From positions 806,001-870,000 of the forward strand of contig JABVCE010000007.1 of assembly GCA_014905635.1 (NCBI GenBank): DNA of 64,000 nt, in the 5' to 3' direction. The notes beneath the pieces are model-generated. The model made no database searches and had not been told where the DNA came from. It saw nothing but the letters and a program-made list of their open reading frames with translations. This document shows positions 25,332 through 36,769 of this stretch, piece after piece. Both the position numbers and the translations under genes were made by a program. Source of the stretch: Scenedesmus sp. PABB004. Taxonomy: Eukaryota. Every line of letters begins with the position of its first letter. Position 1 is the stretch's first letter.

Positions 25332-25396
25332 AAAACGCGGCCTCCCCCACTCGCGCGCGCGAGCGCGGCGGCGGCGGCGCCAGCCGCCAGCTGTCG

Positions 25397-25515
25397 CGGC
25401 GCGTGGCAGCAGCGCCCCGCGGCGAGCGCTCGCGGCGGCGCTGGCGCTGGCGGCAGCCGCGGCCCTGTCCAGCGGCGCTGGCACCGGCGGCGCCCCTGCC
25501 GCGCCGACGTGCGCC
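25397..25515 (+). repeat. Degenerate copy of the sulfatase-2 signal-peptide-coding segment (other copies at ~21536-21602 and ~21633-21745)
   Basis: gcgccccgcggcgagcgctcgcggcggcgctggcgctggcggcagccgcggc...ccgcgccgacgtgcgc is shared with the 5' coding region. Confidence 0.85.
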
Positions 25516-26340
25516 AGCTGCCGCGGCGCGGCTGCATTGTGAGTAAAGCGCGCGCGCACTGCACGGCGAGTGAGGCACGGGCACCGGCGTCACAAGTGGT
25601 TATTCAGGTGCACTGACTGTCAAGTCGGATGTTTAGGGCCCCCCAGGATTCTTTTTCTTGGACTGCTTGCAACCTTGCAAGTCGCAAGTGGCGGCGACCG
25701 CGCTGTGCAGCCGTTGCGCGCCCTGAGGCGCGTGCTACGCACGAGCCGGCCCGCCGCGAGGCTGGCCGGGGTTGGCTGGGGCTGCTGCAAAGCTCCCCTC
25801 ATAGGGCCAGGCACCTGCACTGCACGGATCCGCACGCAGTGCGCAGGCGAACGCGTGCCTTGAAGCCACCAGCGCGGCTGGCCGCCGCCGCCGGCTTTGT
25901 GGGTAGGCAGGCGTCGGTTTGGTTTGACCGGGGAAGAAGGGGCCCAGCCTGCTCAGCCGGGTCCGGCTGAGCCGTGTGCTCGCCGGACGGCATGAGAGCA
26001 CGAGCGCGCGGCTGTTGGTGCTGAGAGTGACGTTACTCGCGCCCCCCCTGCGCGGCGCCCTGCGCCGCCGACCGACTGCGTGAACTGCCGTCGTAAAGCA
26101 CACACCTGCGCCGCCGACGGCAGTCAGCAGCCGCCTCGTGACCAGAAGTAATGATGATGCACCGCCAGATAGACCAAGCCGCCAGTGCGCATGCGGCCGC
26201 AGCAGCCACACCTGCTGCAGGCCTGGCGCCAGATCTCACAAATCATAACGCCACGACGACAGACACAACCGCGACGCGAGCACACACGATGCAACACACG
26301 CACCGCCAGCATCAGTACCGCCCGCCGCTGGAACGGCCCG

Positions 26341-29300
26341 CTAGCTGCTGCCGCGCTTGGCGGCCGCCGCCGGCGCGCCGGCCCCCGCCGGCGCCGCGGG
26401 GCCCTCCCTCCGCTCGTTCCGGAACAGCGGCTGCCCGATCGCCGCGCGCAGCCGGTTCCAGCTGCGCCCCTTTGTGTCGACGCGGCTGCGCGGCGGCGGC
26501 CCGCGGCGGCGGCGCGTCAGCGCGCGCGCAGACTGGGCGAGCGGCGCGGCGCGGGCCCGCTCGGCGCCGCGCGCCTCACCGCGCCGACTGCGTGACGAGC
26601 GCGCTGGGCAGCAGCGCAAAGTCTGCGGCGCGGCGGCGGTGGCGGCGGCGGCGGAATGAGCGCGGTGGCGCGGGCGAGCAGCGAGCGCACACCCATGGCA
26701 GAGCGCGCGGCCGCGCGGCACTCACGGCCGTTGACCTGCGCGACCATCACGCCTGCGGGCGCGGGGTGGCGGCAGCGGGTGCGGCGGTCGCGGCGGCGGC
26801 GGCCGGTCGTGCCAGCGGTCTCCACCGCGCGGCGCGCCGACCGCGGGCCGCGAGGCGCCACCCGCGCGCAGCCACGCGCCCGCACTTTCCCCCGCGCGGC
26901 CCTGCGCCCTACGCGCCCCCGCAAGCCCCCGCGCGCCGCACCGGTGTAGCCCGCGAAGGCGGCATCCACGGCGTGGAAGCCCAGCACGCGGCAGTAGATG
27001 TGGTCCTGGCTGTTGGACGGCACCGCCTGCGCGCCGACGCGGCACCCGAGTGCGTCGGCGCGGGCGCGGGCCAGCGCGCGCGCGCGCGCTGCCCCCGCCT
27101 CCACGCCGTTGCCGCCGCTGGCGCCGCCGCCGCGCGTGACAGCCCGCCCGCGCGGCGCCGGCAGCAGGGCGCAGCAGGGCGCACGCGCCTGGACCATGTA
27201 GGTGGGGTCGATGTACTTCACGTCCGCCCCCGGGATGGCGCCCTTGATCGCCTTTTTGAGCGCCGCGCCGATGTCGCGCAGCAGCGGGTTGCCGCTCTCG
27301 TCGAGCGGCGGCTCCTCGCCGCCTGGCGCGCGGCGTGGGCACGCGCGCGGCGCAGCGCGGCCGGTGCGCGGCGAGCACGCGCGCGTGGCGCAATGGGGCG
27401 GTGCGCGGCGCCCCCCCCCCCACCTCCCACACACACACCTACCTGGGTACAGCAGGTCCTGCCCCGCGCCCTCCGCCACGCACATCACGCAGTGCCTGCG
27501 CGGTCGCGCGCTTCTCGGCCCGCCGCGCGCCCCTCGGCGATCCGCGCCGCCGCGCCGCGCCGCGCCGCCCCTCGGCCCGCGCCGCACCCCTTGGCCTCGA
27601 TGACGCGCTTGATGTAGGCCAGCACGCCGGCGGGGCCGTCCAGCTCAAACGGGTCCTCGGGGATGAGGCAGATGTCGACCACGCCGCTCGCGAGGCTCGC
27701 CTGCAGCGCGAGGAAGCCGCTGCGCCGCCCAAAGACCTGTTCCAGTGGCGCGCGCGGACGGTGCGCGGGGGGAGTGGGCGAGGGACGGACGGTGCGCGGA
27801 GACGCGGGGCGCGGCGCGGCGTGCACGCCGCGGGGAGGTGCACAGCGGCGCGGCGCGGCGCGGCGAGGCGGCGGCGGCGCGGCGCGGCGGCGCAATGCGC
27901 GCCTTGACCAGGCCAACGCCCTGCCGCGCGCTCGCGGCCTCGACCTTGGCGGCCATGAGCGGCCGCTGCACGACCTCCTGCACCGCGGTCTCGAAGCCAA
28001 ATGTGCGGTCAACGAGCATGACGTCATTGTCGATCGACTTGGGCACGCCGACGATGCAGCACGGGATCTTGCGCCGCGCGCAGCCCTCCGCGAGCTGCGC
28101 GCCGAGCTGGTTGCCGCCCTGCGCGCGCGCGCGGCGCGCGGCGCGGCGCGCGGCGGGGCCGGATGGGGTGGGCGGCCGCGGCGCGGCGCGGCGCGCGCGG
28201 CGCGGCGCGGCGCGGCGTCGCACGCGCCCGGCCGCCGTCGCCCGGCCGCGCCGTCGCCCCTGCCCGCCCCCACCTGGCCGCCGATCACAAACAGCATGTT
28301 GATGCGCCAGAACTCCAGCTTGTCCAGCACCGCCTCGAGCTGCATCGCGGGGCTCGGCTCCGCTGCCGCCTTGCCCGCGGCGGCGGCGCCCGCGGCCGCG
28401 GAGGCGGCGGCGGCGGCGGCCGCCGCCGCCGCCGCCGCGTCGTCGTCGTCGCCGTCGTCGTCGGTCGAGCTGAGCGTCGTGCCGGGGCTGGTGGTGCTGC
28501 CGGTCGCGCCGGGGCTCGGCGCGGCGCTCGCGGCGTCGACCGGCGCGGCGCCGCCGATGCCGTTGTGGCCGTGGTGGTGGTGCCCGTGGTGGTGGTGGTG
28601 GTGGTGCCGGCGGTGCCGGTGGTGGTCGTTGCTGGTGCCGAGCATAGTCCCGCCTGCGGGCGGCCGCGGCGCCCGGCCGTGGTGGTGGGCGCGCAGCGCC
28701 CCGCAGGGCAGGGCGTGGCGGCGCCGGGCCCGCGCCCGCCCCTGCGCCCGCCGCGCCCGCGCCGCCCCCATCGCAACGCCCGCGCCGCGCACCCGTGAGG
28801 TGCACGCCCTCGATCCGGTCCCGCGTGAGCACAACCGGCTTGGCGTCCTTCGCGCTGAAGCCGCGCACGCCGTACCTGGCGCGCCGGCGCGGCGCCGGCG
28901 GCGGCGCCGGCGGCGTCAGCGCTGCGCCGCGCCCCGCGTCGCCGTCCCTCCGCTGTCCCCGTCCCACCGCGCCCCCTGTGCGCCTCCCTGCGCCCCGCCG
29001 CCCCGCCCCGCGGGCCGCGGCGCACTTGATGCCGAGCACGTTCTCCTCTGGCACGCCGTAGTCGCCGAGGCGCTTGACGAGGGCCTGGATCATGTCGTTC
29101 ATGCCGGGGCAGATGCCGCCTGGCCCGGCGGGGCACGGAGGTTCAGGGTTCAGGGGTCAGGGTTCAGGGTTCAGGGTGAGGCGGCGGGCGGGCCAGGAGG
29201 CCAAGGGCGTGCGGCGCGCGCGCGCACCCGTCGTCACGATCGCCGCCGTGACGGTGGCGGGGTCAAAGAAGATCTCGTCCCGCGGCCCCGCGCGCATCGC

Positions 29301-30274
29301 GTACGGCGGCAGCGCCATCGCCATCTGGCCGCGTGCGCGCGCGCGGCGCGGCCGGTGGGCGGCGGGCGGCGGGCGCGCCGGCGGCGCGCGGCGCGCCGCG
29401 CGCGCAGGGCACCGGCCGCGCACCTCAAAGTGCGCGGCGGCGGCCTCCGGCGCCGGCGCCATGTCGACGCTGAACGTGGAGCTGTCAAACATGCTGCCAA
29501 ACACGCCGCTGCTCATCCCCGCGTGGTCCTCGCTGCCCGGCTCGGCGGCCGCGGGGTCGCGCGCGCCGGCGGGCGAGCCGCGGCCGCCGACGGCGGGGCT
29601 CGGCGCGGCGCGGTGCGCGCCGGTGCTGTGCGGCGAGGCAAACTCCATCACGTTCAGTGCCACGCGGTCGGCGTCAGAGACGTACCTGCGAGGTGCGTGT
29701 GTGCCCCGCGGGTGCGGCGGCGCGGCGGCGCGGCGGCCGGGCGTGGGCGGGGCGCCGCGCGCGGCGCGCGGCGGGCGCGCGCGCCCCGTCTGCCGGTCCC
29801 CCGCCGCGCACCGTCCCTCCCAGATGCCGGCCAGCGTGTCGCCGAGCGGCGTCGGCCGCGGCTTGCCCAGCAGCGGGCGCATCGTCGGGCACTTGAGCAC
29901 GTCCGTCAGCGGCGTGTCCAGGTGCGCGGGCGGGACTGCGGCGCCGCGCGGCGCGCGGCGGCGGCGTCGGCAGCTGCGCGCCGCGCCGGCGCGCGATCGC
30001 CGCCGCCGGCGCGCCCCGCGGCTCCTCACGCACTCGCAAACATGATGCGCGCGTCGGGGCGCCAGGCGTTGGAGGTCGGCACGGGCGAGCCGCCCTGCGT
30101 CGCCGCCGCGGCGGCGCTGGCCGCTCCGCCGGCGCCGCCCTCCGCGCCGGTGGGCTGCTGCTGCTGCTGGGCCCGAGCCCAGCAGCACCGCTGGCGGCTG
30201 CTCCTGTGCGTGCCGGCTCCGCGAGCCGCTCGGCAGCGCGGGAGCGGCGGGGCATCCCGCAGAGGCCGGAGCAT
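26341..30274 (-). CDS. PFK: Plant/algal ATP-dependent 6-phosphofructokinase family protein (probably plastid-targeted) with atypical motifs
   Basis: AAIVTTGGICPGMND; LGIKYGVRGF; GGTMLGTS; NMLFVIGG; VGVPKSIDND; TFGFETAV; GVVDICLIPE; CVAEGAGQ; KYIDPTYM; HAVDAAFAGYTG. Transit-peptide-like N-terminus; exact start is uncertain. Confidence 0.92.
29140..29177. repeat. Telomere-like (TTCAGGG)n heptamer array within a PFK intron
   Basis: ggttcagggttcaggggtcagggttcagggttcagggt. Confidence 0.75.
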
Positions 30275-30577
30275 CTGCTGCTGCACCTGCTGCCCCCGCG
30301 GCCCCGCCACACCGCGCGGCCCGTGCCGCATGCCGGGCAGCCGAACGGGAGCTCTGCGTCTCCCTGGCCGCGCTCTGCCGCGTGTCGGGTGCCGGAGGGG
30401 CGCACGCAACTGGGAGGCGAGCTCGGTCGGCCACCAGCGCTCGCGGGACGCAGCCGTGGCGCGCGTCTGGTGCCGGGGCGCACGCGCAGCGCGATCGGCG
30501 GCGGCGGGCCAACGCGGCGGCGTGCGACGCAAACAACCCTTCCACGCCTCCGAAAAGCGCCCGCCTGCGCGCCGCCG

Positions 30578-31772
30578 CTATCGGTCCAGGTACCGCACCT
30601 GCCGCGGCAACAGCGGCAGCAGCGGCAGCGGCGGTGGCGCGGCCGTCGAGCGTCGATGCGCTCGCGCGCTGCGCGCCGCGGCGCGGGTGCCTGCCGGCGC
30701 CGCACCATCTGCACCTCCTTGCGCGTGAGGCCGCACTTCTCGTAGAACGCCACGTTGGCCTCGGCACAGTCCAGGATGACCTGCGCGGCCGCGGCGGTGG
30801 GTCGCGGCAGCTCGGGCGCGCGCGCGCCGCGACCCGGCAGCGGCCCGCCCCGGCGTGGCGGCGGCCGCGGCGGCGGGCGCGGCGCATGCCTTGTAGCAGC
30901 CCGCACGTCGCGCAGCGTCGACCAGCGACTCTATCAGCCTGCGCACGCGCGCGGGCAGGGCGCGGCGGCGTCGGCGGGGCACGGCGGCGTTGGCGCCGCC
31001 GCCGCCCCCGCCCCGCGCGCACGCACCGCTGGCCGAGGCGCCGCCCCCGCGCCGCCGTGTCCACCACCACGTCCTCAATGTGCCCCACCTGGGCGGCGGC
31101 GCCGGCGCGCGGCGGAGCCGTCAGGGCGCCGGCGGCGCGGCGGACGCCCGGCCGGCGCGGGCGCGGGCGTTGCCCGGGCGCGCGCCGCGCGCCTTGCCGC
31201 AGCCGTGGATGAACTTGCGCTCCACGATCAGCGCCGCCGTGCCCAGCAGCGCGCCGCTCGCGGGGTCTGCGCGCCGCGGCGCTGCCCTGTGCTGCGCCAC
31301 CGCGGCGCGCGCACGCGACGGCCGGCCGGCCGCACGCGCCCCCGCGCTGCAGCCGCGCGCGCGGGCCGGGCCGCCGACCCACCTTCGGCCACCGCTATGT
31401 GGTAGTCGGGGCTGTCGTGCAGCTCCCGCCAGCGCGCTGCGGCGGGGCGGGGCGGGGTGAGCGGCAGCAGCAGCACGCGGCGCGGCGGGCGCTGCGGCCG
31501 CCGCGGGGGCTGCAGAGAAGACGCGGCGCACCTTCGAACTGCTCCGCAGTCACGTCTCCCACGGTGGTGAGCTGCGCGAGGAGCTGCAGGAAGCCTGGCA
31601 AAGCGGCGGCAGCGCAGCAGCAGCGCTTGTGATGCCTGGCGGCCCCGCCGCCGCGCGAGGAGGCCACGACGGCCCGGTCGCGCCGCGCACCCTTGTCGAC
31701 GTCTCCCACCTCCAGCTCTCGCAGGACGATCGAGCTGCCGGCTGCTGCTGCGGCGGCGGGCGCTGCTGCCAT
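30578..31772 (-). CDS. GNA1: Glucosamine-6-phosphate N-acetyltransferase
   Basis: LRELEVGDVDK|GFLQLLAQLTTVG...ERKFIHGCGK|VGHIEDVVVD..RGRRLG...GCYK|VILDCAEANVAFYEKCGL...VRYLDR*; 8 exons. Confidence 0.95.
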
Positions 31773-32402
31773 CGCTCGCTCAGCGCTCGTGCCCCCAACG
31801 GTTGCGGCGGTTGGCTTGGGGAGGAGCGCTGGCAGCGGCAGTGTGGGCTGGACGTGCTGGACTGGTCGCCGCCCTGGTTGCTGCGGCGGCACAGCGCCCC
31901 TCCCCACTGAACCCTGGTCGCTGGCTGCGGACCGCACTCGGCGCTGAGCTCCCCAGGGTGGCCCTCGGCGGTTACCACAACGCTGCGCGTGTCACGCACA
32001 CACACAAGCACACTCACACAAGGGCAAGCAGAGCGCGCAAGCTGCCGGTTATTGCATTATTGCCCGCGGCCCACGGCCTCGTGTCTAGTCATGCGCGGCC
32101 CCCAAAACAACAGAATCAGGTGCGCAGCGCCGTCAAGAACGCATGAAATGTGGATGAGGGGATTCATTCAGCAGGGCTGCTGCGCAAGGGCCGCGCCCCC
32201 CGGCCGGAGCCCAGAGCGCTCCAAGCCAGGTGCGGGGTCGAGGGTATCGGCTCGTGGCAGGCAAGGCAAAGAGTCTCGCGCGCAACGCCGCGCAGCGGGG
32301 GTCGGGACAGTGGTGGTCTTATTGGCGCGCGCGCGCGCGCGCGCGCGGCTCAGGGCGCGGCGCGGCGGCGCGTGGCCCTCACGCGGGGCGGGGCGCGGGC
32401 CC

Positions 32403-35400
32403 TCACACGGGCTTGGGGTTGTAGAAGAACGACCGCACGTCCAGCGCCGCCGTGCCCGTGCGCAGCACGCAGTCGCCGGTCGTGAGCGTGAACCCCCAGC
32501 ACGTGGCCGCCTTGTCGCACGCGGCCGCGCAGGGCTCGATCGACCCGTCCGCGCCGGGCGGCGTCGTCGAGAGCACCACGCCCGCGGCCGCCTGGTCCTC
32601 GGGCGAGAGACGGCTGAGGTCGAGCGCCCGGTAGTTGCCTGACGCGGAGCCGGTGATGGCGCCGATGAACTCGCCTATCACGGGGCCGCCGCCGCCGCCG
32701 GGGCCCGAGTTCTCGCCGATCGCGCCGACCGCGCTGACCGCGCCGACGGTGCCGCCCGCGGGGATGAGCTTGACGAACAGCCGCGGCCCCGCCGCGCCCG
32801 GCGGCGCCGCGGGGAGCGTGCCGGTGCGGCACTCGTTGGTCTTGTACGAGAACTGCACGAAGCAGCCTGCGCCCGCGTCGGCGAGGATGCGGCACGCCGC
32901 GAGGCAGTCGACCACGCCCGTGCGCTCGGGCTGCGGCGTGAGCAGGCCCGGCGCGGGCAGCGCAAAGGCCTGGCCGGCGTAGACGCTCAGCTGGTGGTAC
33001 CGCGGGAAGCACAGGCCCGCCGAGGCGCTGCCGCGGCCCCAGCTGACCGCCTCGGCCTCGAGCGGCTCCGCCTGGCCCTTGAGCGCGGTGACGTACACAA
33101 ACTTGGTCACGGGGCAGGGCACGCAGACCTCGCCGTCCCCGGGGTGCCCGGGGCTGTCCCAGGAGCCGTCGTAGCCCTTCTGGTAGGTCCCGTAGTCGCA
33201 GGGCTCGCACACAAACGGCGACGCCGCGCTCGCGCGGCCGAGGCCGGGGAGGCACTCTGCGGCGCGCATCGTGCACGGGCGCGCGGCGTGAGGCGGCGCA
33301 GCGTGGCGGCGCGGCGCGGCGCGCGAGAGGGGTTGAGGGGGGGGGGGCAGGCACGCAGCGTGGCGCCACTTCCGGCTCGCTCACTCTGGCAGGCGGTGCC
33401 GTCGCCGGGCGTGCCCTCCTTGGCGGTCGTCGTGCCGGCGGGGCAGGCCGCGCAGCGCGAGTCGACCGCGCCGCCGGCCGACGTCGTGCCGACCGGGCAG
33501 GGCTGCGGCGTGATGTCGACCGCCTGCGCGGGGCTGAGCGGCTGCGAGAGCAGGTCCTCCAGGGTCTGGCCCTCCACCGGGACCGGCAGCGGCAGGCCGA
33601 GGCCTGACTGGACAACGCAGTCCTCCTTGGCGTCCTGCAGGTCCGGCCGGTCGGGGTCCCACGCCGTCGTGCGGCCCGCGGGGCAGAGCTGGCACGGCTG
33701 GTTGCTGCCCGCTGGCGAGTACGTGCCCTGCGGGCGTGGGCGCGCGCGCGCGGGCCGTCGGGGCGTCGGCGCGCGCGGCCGCGCGGCGCGGCGCGGCCGG
33801 GGCGGCGACCGCAGGCGGCGACAGCAGGCGGCGACCGCAGCGCCCGCGCGGCGCCGCGCCGCGCCCACCTTGGCGCAGGGGATGACGGCGCCGTCGTAGA
33901 GCTCGTACCCGGTGTCGTACTGCTCGCTGTCGTCGCCCTCGTACACGCCGTCGCCGCCGTCGCCGCTGCTGGCGCTCGCCGGCGGGCGCGGCGCGGTCGC
34001 GTTGGCCCACACGACGCCGAAGCCACCCGCGTTGACGCACTCGGCCGCCGACGTCGCGCCCGCGCGCAGCGTGATCGTGTTGGCCTTGCAGGGCTGGCAG
34101 GGCGCGTAGGCGAGGCCGTACGTGCGGTTGGCCGCGCCGAAGCTGTTCTCGGCGCACAGGCGCGCGCGCCACACGGGCGGCTCGGCCTCGCCGACGCGCT
34201 CGAAGCCGTACCCGCCCTCGATGTCTGCGGCGGCGCCGGGGCGGCGTCCGCGGCGGCGGCGTCAGTCGGCTGCCGCGGGCGCACGCGCAGCGCTCCGCGA
34301 CGACGGGCGGGCGGGCGGGCGGGCGGGCGGGGCGGGGCGGGCGGGCGGCGGGGCGCGCACGTGCGCGCGCGCGGGCGCGCGGGGCTCACAGCACGAGTAG
34401 GGCGTCGCGGGGACGAGGCTGCCGTTGCGCGACTGGTCGGCGTCCATCGGCGCGCTGAAGATGCCCTCCCCGCACGGCGTGCACGCGGTCGTGCCGTCGG
34501 CGCCGCGCACGGCCGGGTCGTCCCAGCTCTTCCAGAGCTGCCGGTAGTAGCCGCCGGCCGCGCCGGCGGCGTTGGTCGCATTGATGGGGCACAGCGCGAG
34601 CACGCCGCCCGTACCGTCGGGTGACGCCTGGATGAAGTAGCCCGGCGGCACCACTGCAGCGCGCGGCGGCGGCGGCGGCGGCAGCGGCGGCGACGGGCAG
34701 CGTGAGCCCGGGGGCGCTGCGCGCGGGGGAGCTGCACCGAGCGCGGCGGCGCAGCGAAAGGGCGACTCACGGCAGTTGCTGATGGACCGCGAGCCGACGT
34801 CGGTCGTGGTCGTGTTGTAGGGGCAGGGCCGGCACGTGGACGTCCCCGGCGGCGGCAGCGGGCCGCCCTCCGAGTAGGTGCCCTTGGGGCAGGGCGGCGC
34901 GTCGGGGGCGGCCTCACCCACGGCCTGGCCGACGAGGCTGCCCGCGTCGAGGGCCACGCCCGGCATCGCGACTGCGGCGCGGCGCGGCGCGGCGCGTCAG
35001 GATTTGCGCGCCCTGCGCGCGGCGCGCGGCGGGCCGCCGTGCCGGGCCGGCGCGCGCGCGCGCCGGCGGGCTCCTCACTGTTGCAGTCGCCGAGTCGTGC
35101 GGCGCGCGTGCGGTTGGTCGTCGTGCCCTTGGGGCACGGGAAGCAGGCGGCCGCCACAGGCGAGCTGAGCGGCGCGTAAATGCTCCGGAAAAAGCCCTGG
35201 TCGCAGTCCCTGATCGCGCCCTGGTCGTTGAAGCGGCCCTCGGGCACCACTGCGGGAGCGGCGGGCAGGCGGGCGGGGCGTGGGCCGCGGCGCGCAGGGC
35301 GGGCAGGGCGGCGGCCGGCGGCGCCGCGCCGCCCCCGCGCGGCGGCGGCGCGCGCCACGCACTGCACACGACGTCGCGGCTCGTGCGCAGCGGGCGCGTC

Positions 35401-36350
35401 GCGTTGCCGGGCAGCGTGACGTTGGCGGGCGCGTCGGCGCGCGCGGTGAAGGCCGGGTCCTCGGCCAGGCCGGGCGGGCAGGTGTTGCAAGCAAAGATGC
35501 GGGCATTGCCGGGGCTGAAGGTGCCCGCGGCGCACGGCAGCGCCGACTTGAGGTCCGGGGCGAGGTAAAAGCCGGGCAGCGGCACTGCGGCGCGGGGAGC
35601 GGCGGCGGCGGCAGGACGGCCGTCAGCGGCCGCTGCTGCTCGCCGCTGCTGCTCTCTGCTGCTGCTGCCAACCGCGGCGGCGCCGCCGCAGGTGCGCTGC
35701 AGCTGCCGCCAGTGCCGCCGCTGCCGCCCCGCCCCGCCGGCGCTGGCGCGCACCGCAGTCGATCGCGCGCTTTGCGCCCGCGGTCAGCGTGGTGATGCCC
35801 TTGAGCAGCACGCTGCTGGTGATCCACTTGGGGCGCTCCTCCTGCATGTGGCACGCGAGGCGCTTGCCGCGGTCCGCCTTCACGCCATTCTTCGCCGCCG
35901 TGTTGCCGCCGGGGCAGAAGAACCCCTGCTCGCACGTCACGCAGCGGCATCCCGACGGCCGGCACTGCTCGTACGTGCCGGCCGGGCAGACTGCGGCACG
36001 CGGCGGCGGCAGCGGCAGGAGTCAGCGGCAGCGGCAGCGGCACCGGTCAAACGGCGTGAGCCACGCCGGCGCCGCAGCTCGCGCCCGCGCGCGCGCGCAC
36101 CGCAGTTGAAGCCGGACGCGCTCCGCACGTAGTCGGCGCGGCACTGCGTGCACACGAGGCGCTCGTCCGGCTTGCCGCTGGTGCGCGGCGTGCACTTGTC
36201 GCTGGCGCACGCCGGGATGGAGTTGGGGCAGCTCCGGGGCGCCGGCTTGCTCGCCTGGGCGCTCTGCAGCAGGAGCCGCGGCCCCGCCGCGGCGGCCGCG
36301 CCAGCGGCGAGCGCCAGCAGCAGCGCGCAGAGCGCGCGCCGCCGCGCCAT
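32403..36350 (-). CDS. Secreted cysteine-rich protein with GCC2/GCC3 (ephrin-receptor-like) repeats and C-terminal PAN/apple-like modules; mastigoneme-protein-like
   Basis: Signal peptide; repeated CPxGTYS...CxxCPxGxTT...SxxxC units (CPKGTYSEGG..CRPCPYNTTT; GTYSPAGSNQPCQLCPAGRTT); CAAACDKAATCWGFTLTTGDCVLR near the C-terminus. Confidence 0.8.
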
Positions 36351-36769
36351 GTCCGGCGCGACCCTCGTGGCTAGGGCGCTCTGCTGCGCCCGGTGCCGGC
36401 GGCGCGGGCCAGCTCGAGCTGCGAGCGCGGCGCTGGGGAGTGGCCCGTCGATGCGCTCGCCCGGCTGCGGCCGCAGGGGCGGCTCTCTGGCGCGGTCGCG
36501 GTCGCTCGGCGTGATGCTTGGAGACGCGCGAGCGCGTGGGAGCGGCCGCAGCAGCTGCTGCGGCGCGCAGCGCTGGTCCGCCTTGCCGAGCGACGGCGAT
36601 GTGACAGGCGGTCGCCCTCCAGTCGTGAGTGGACGCACGGCTCGGCGGCGCGTCTGTCGTGTTTCCAGGACCATCCGCCAGCCGTCGCACACGCCAAGCC
36701 GCACCGAGCGGGCCTGGGGCGGCACCGCCGCTGCTCCCGGACGCGCGCTCTGCCCCGCCGCCGCCGCGC

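Noticed and set aside
26151..26260. ATGATGA as a C/D snoRNA box C
   Set aside because: No suitably placed CTGA box D or terminal stem was seen.
25570..26340. Lower-GC intergenic stretch as a transposon remnant or RNA gene
   Set aside because: No terminal inverted repeats, target duplications, coding similarity or tRNA/snRNA motifs were recognisable; consistent with convergent 3' UTRs.
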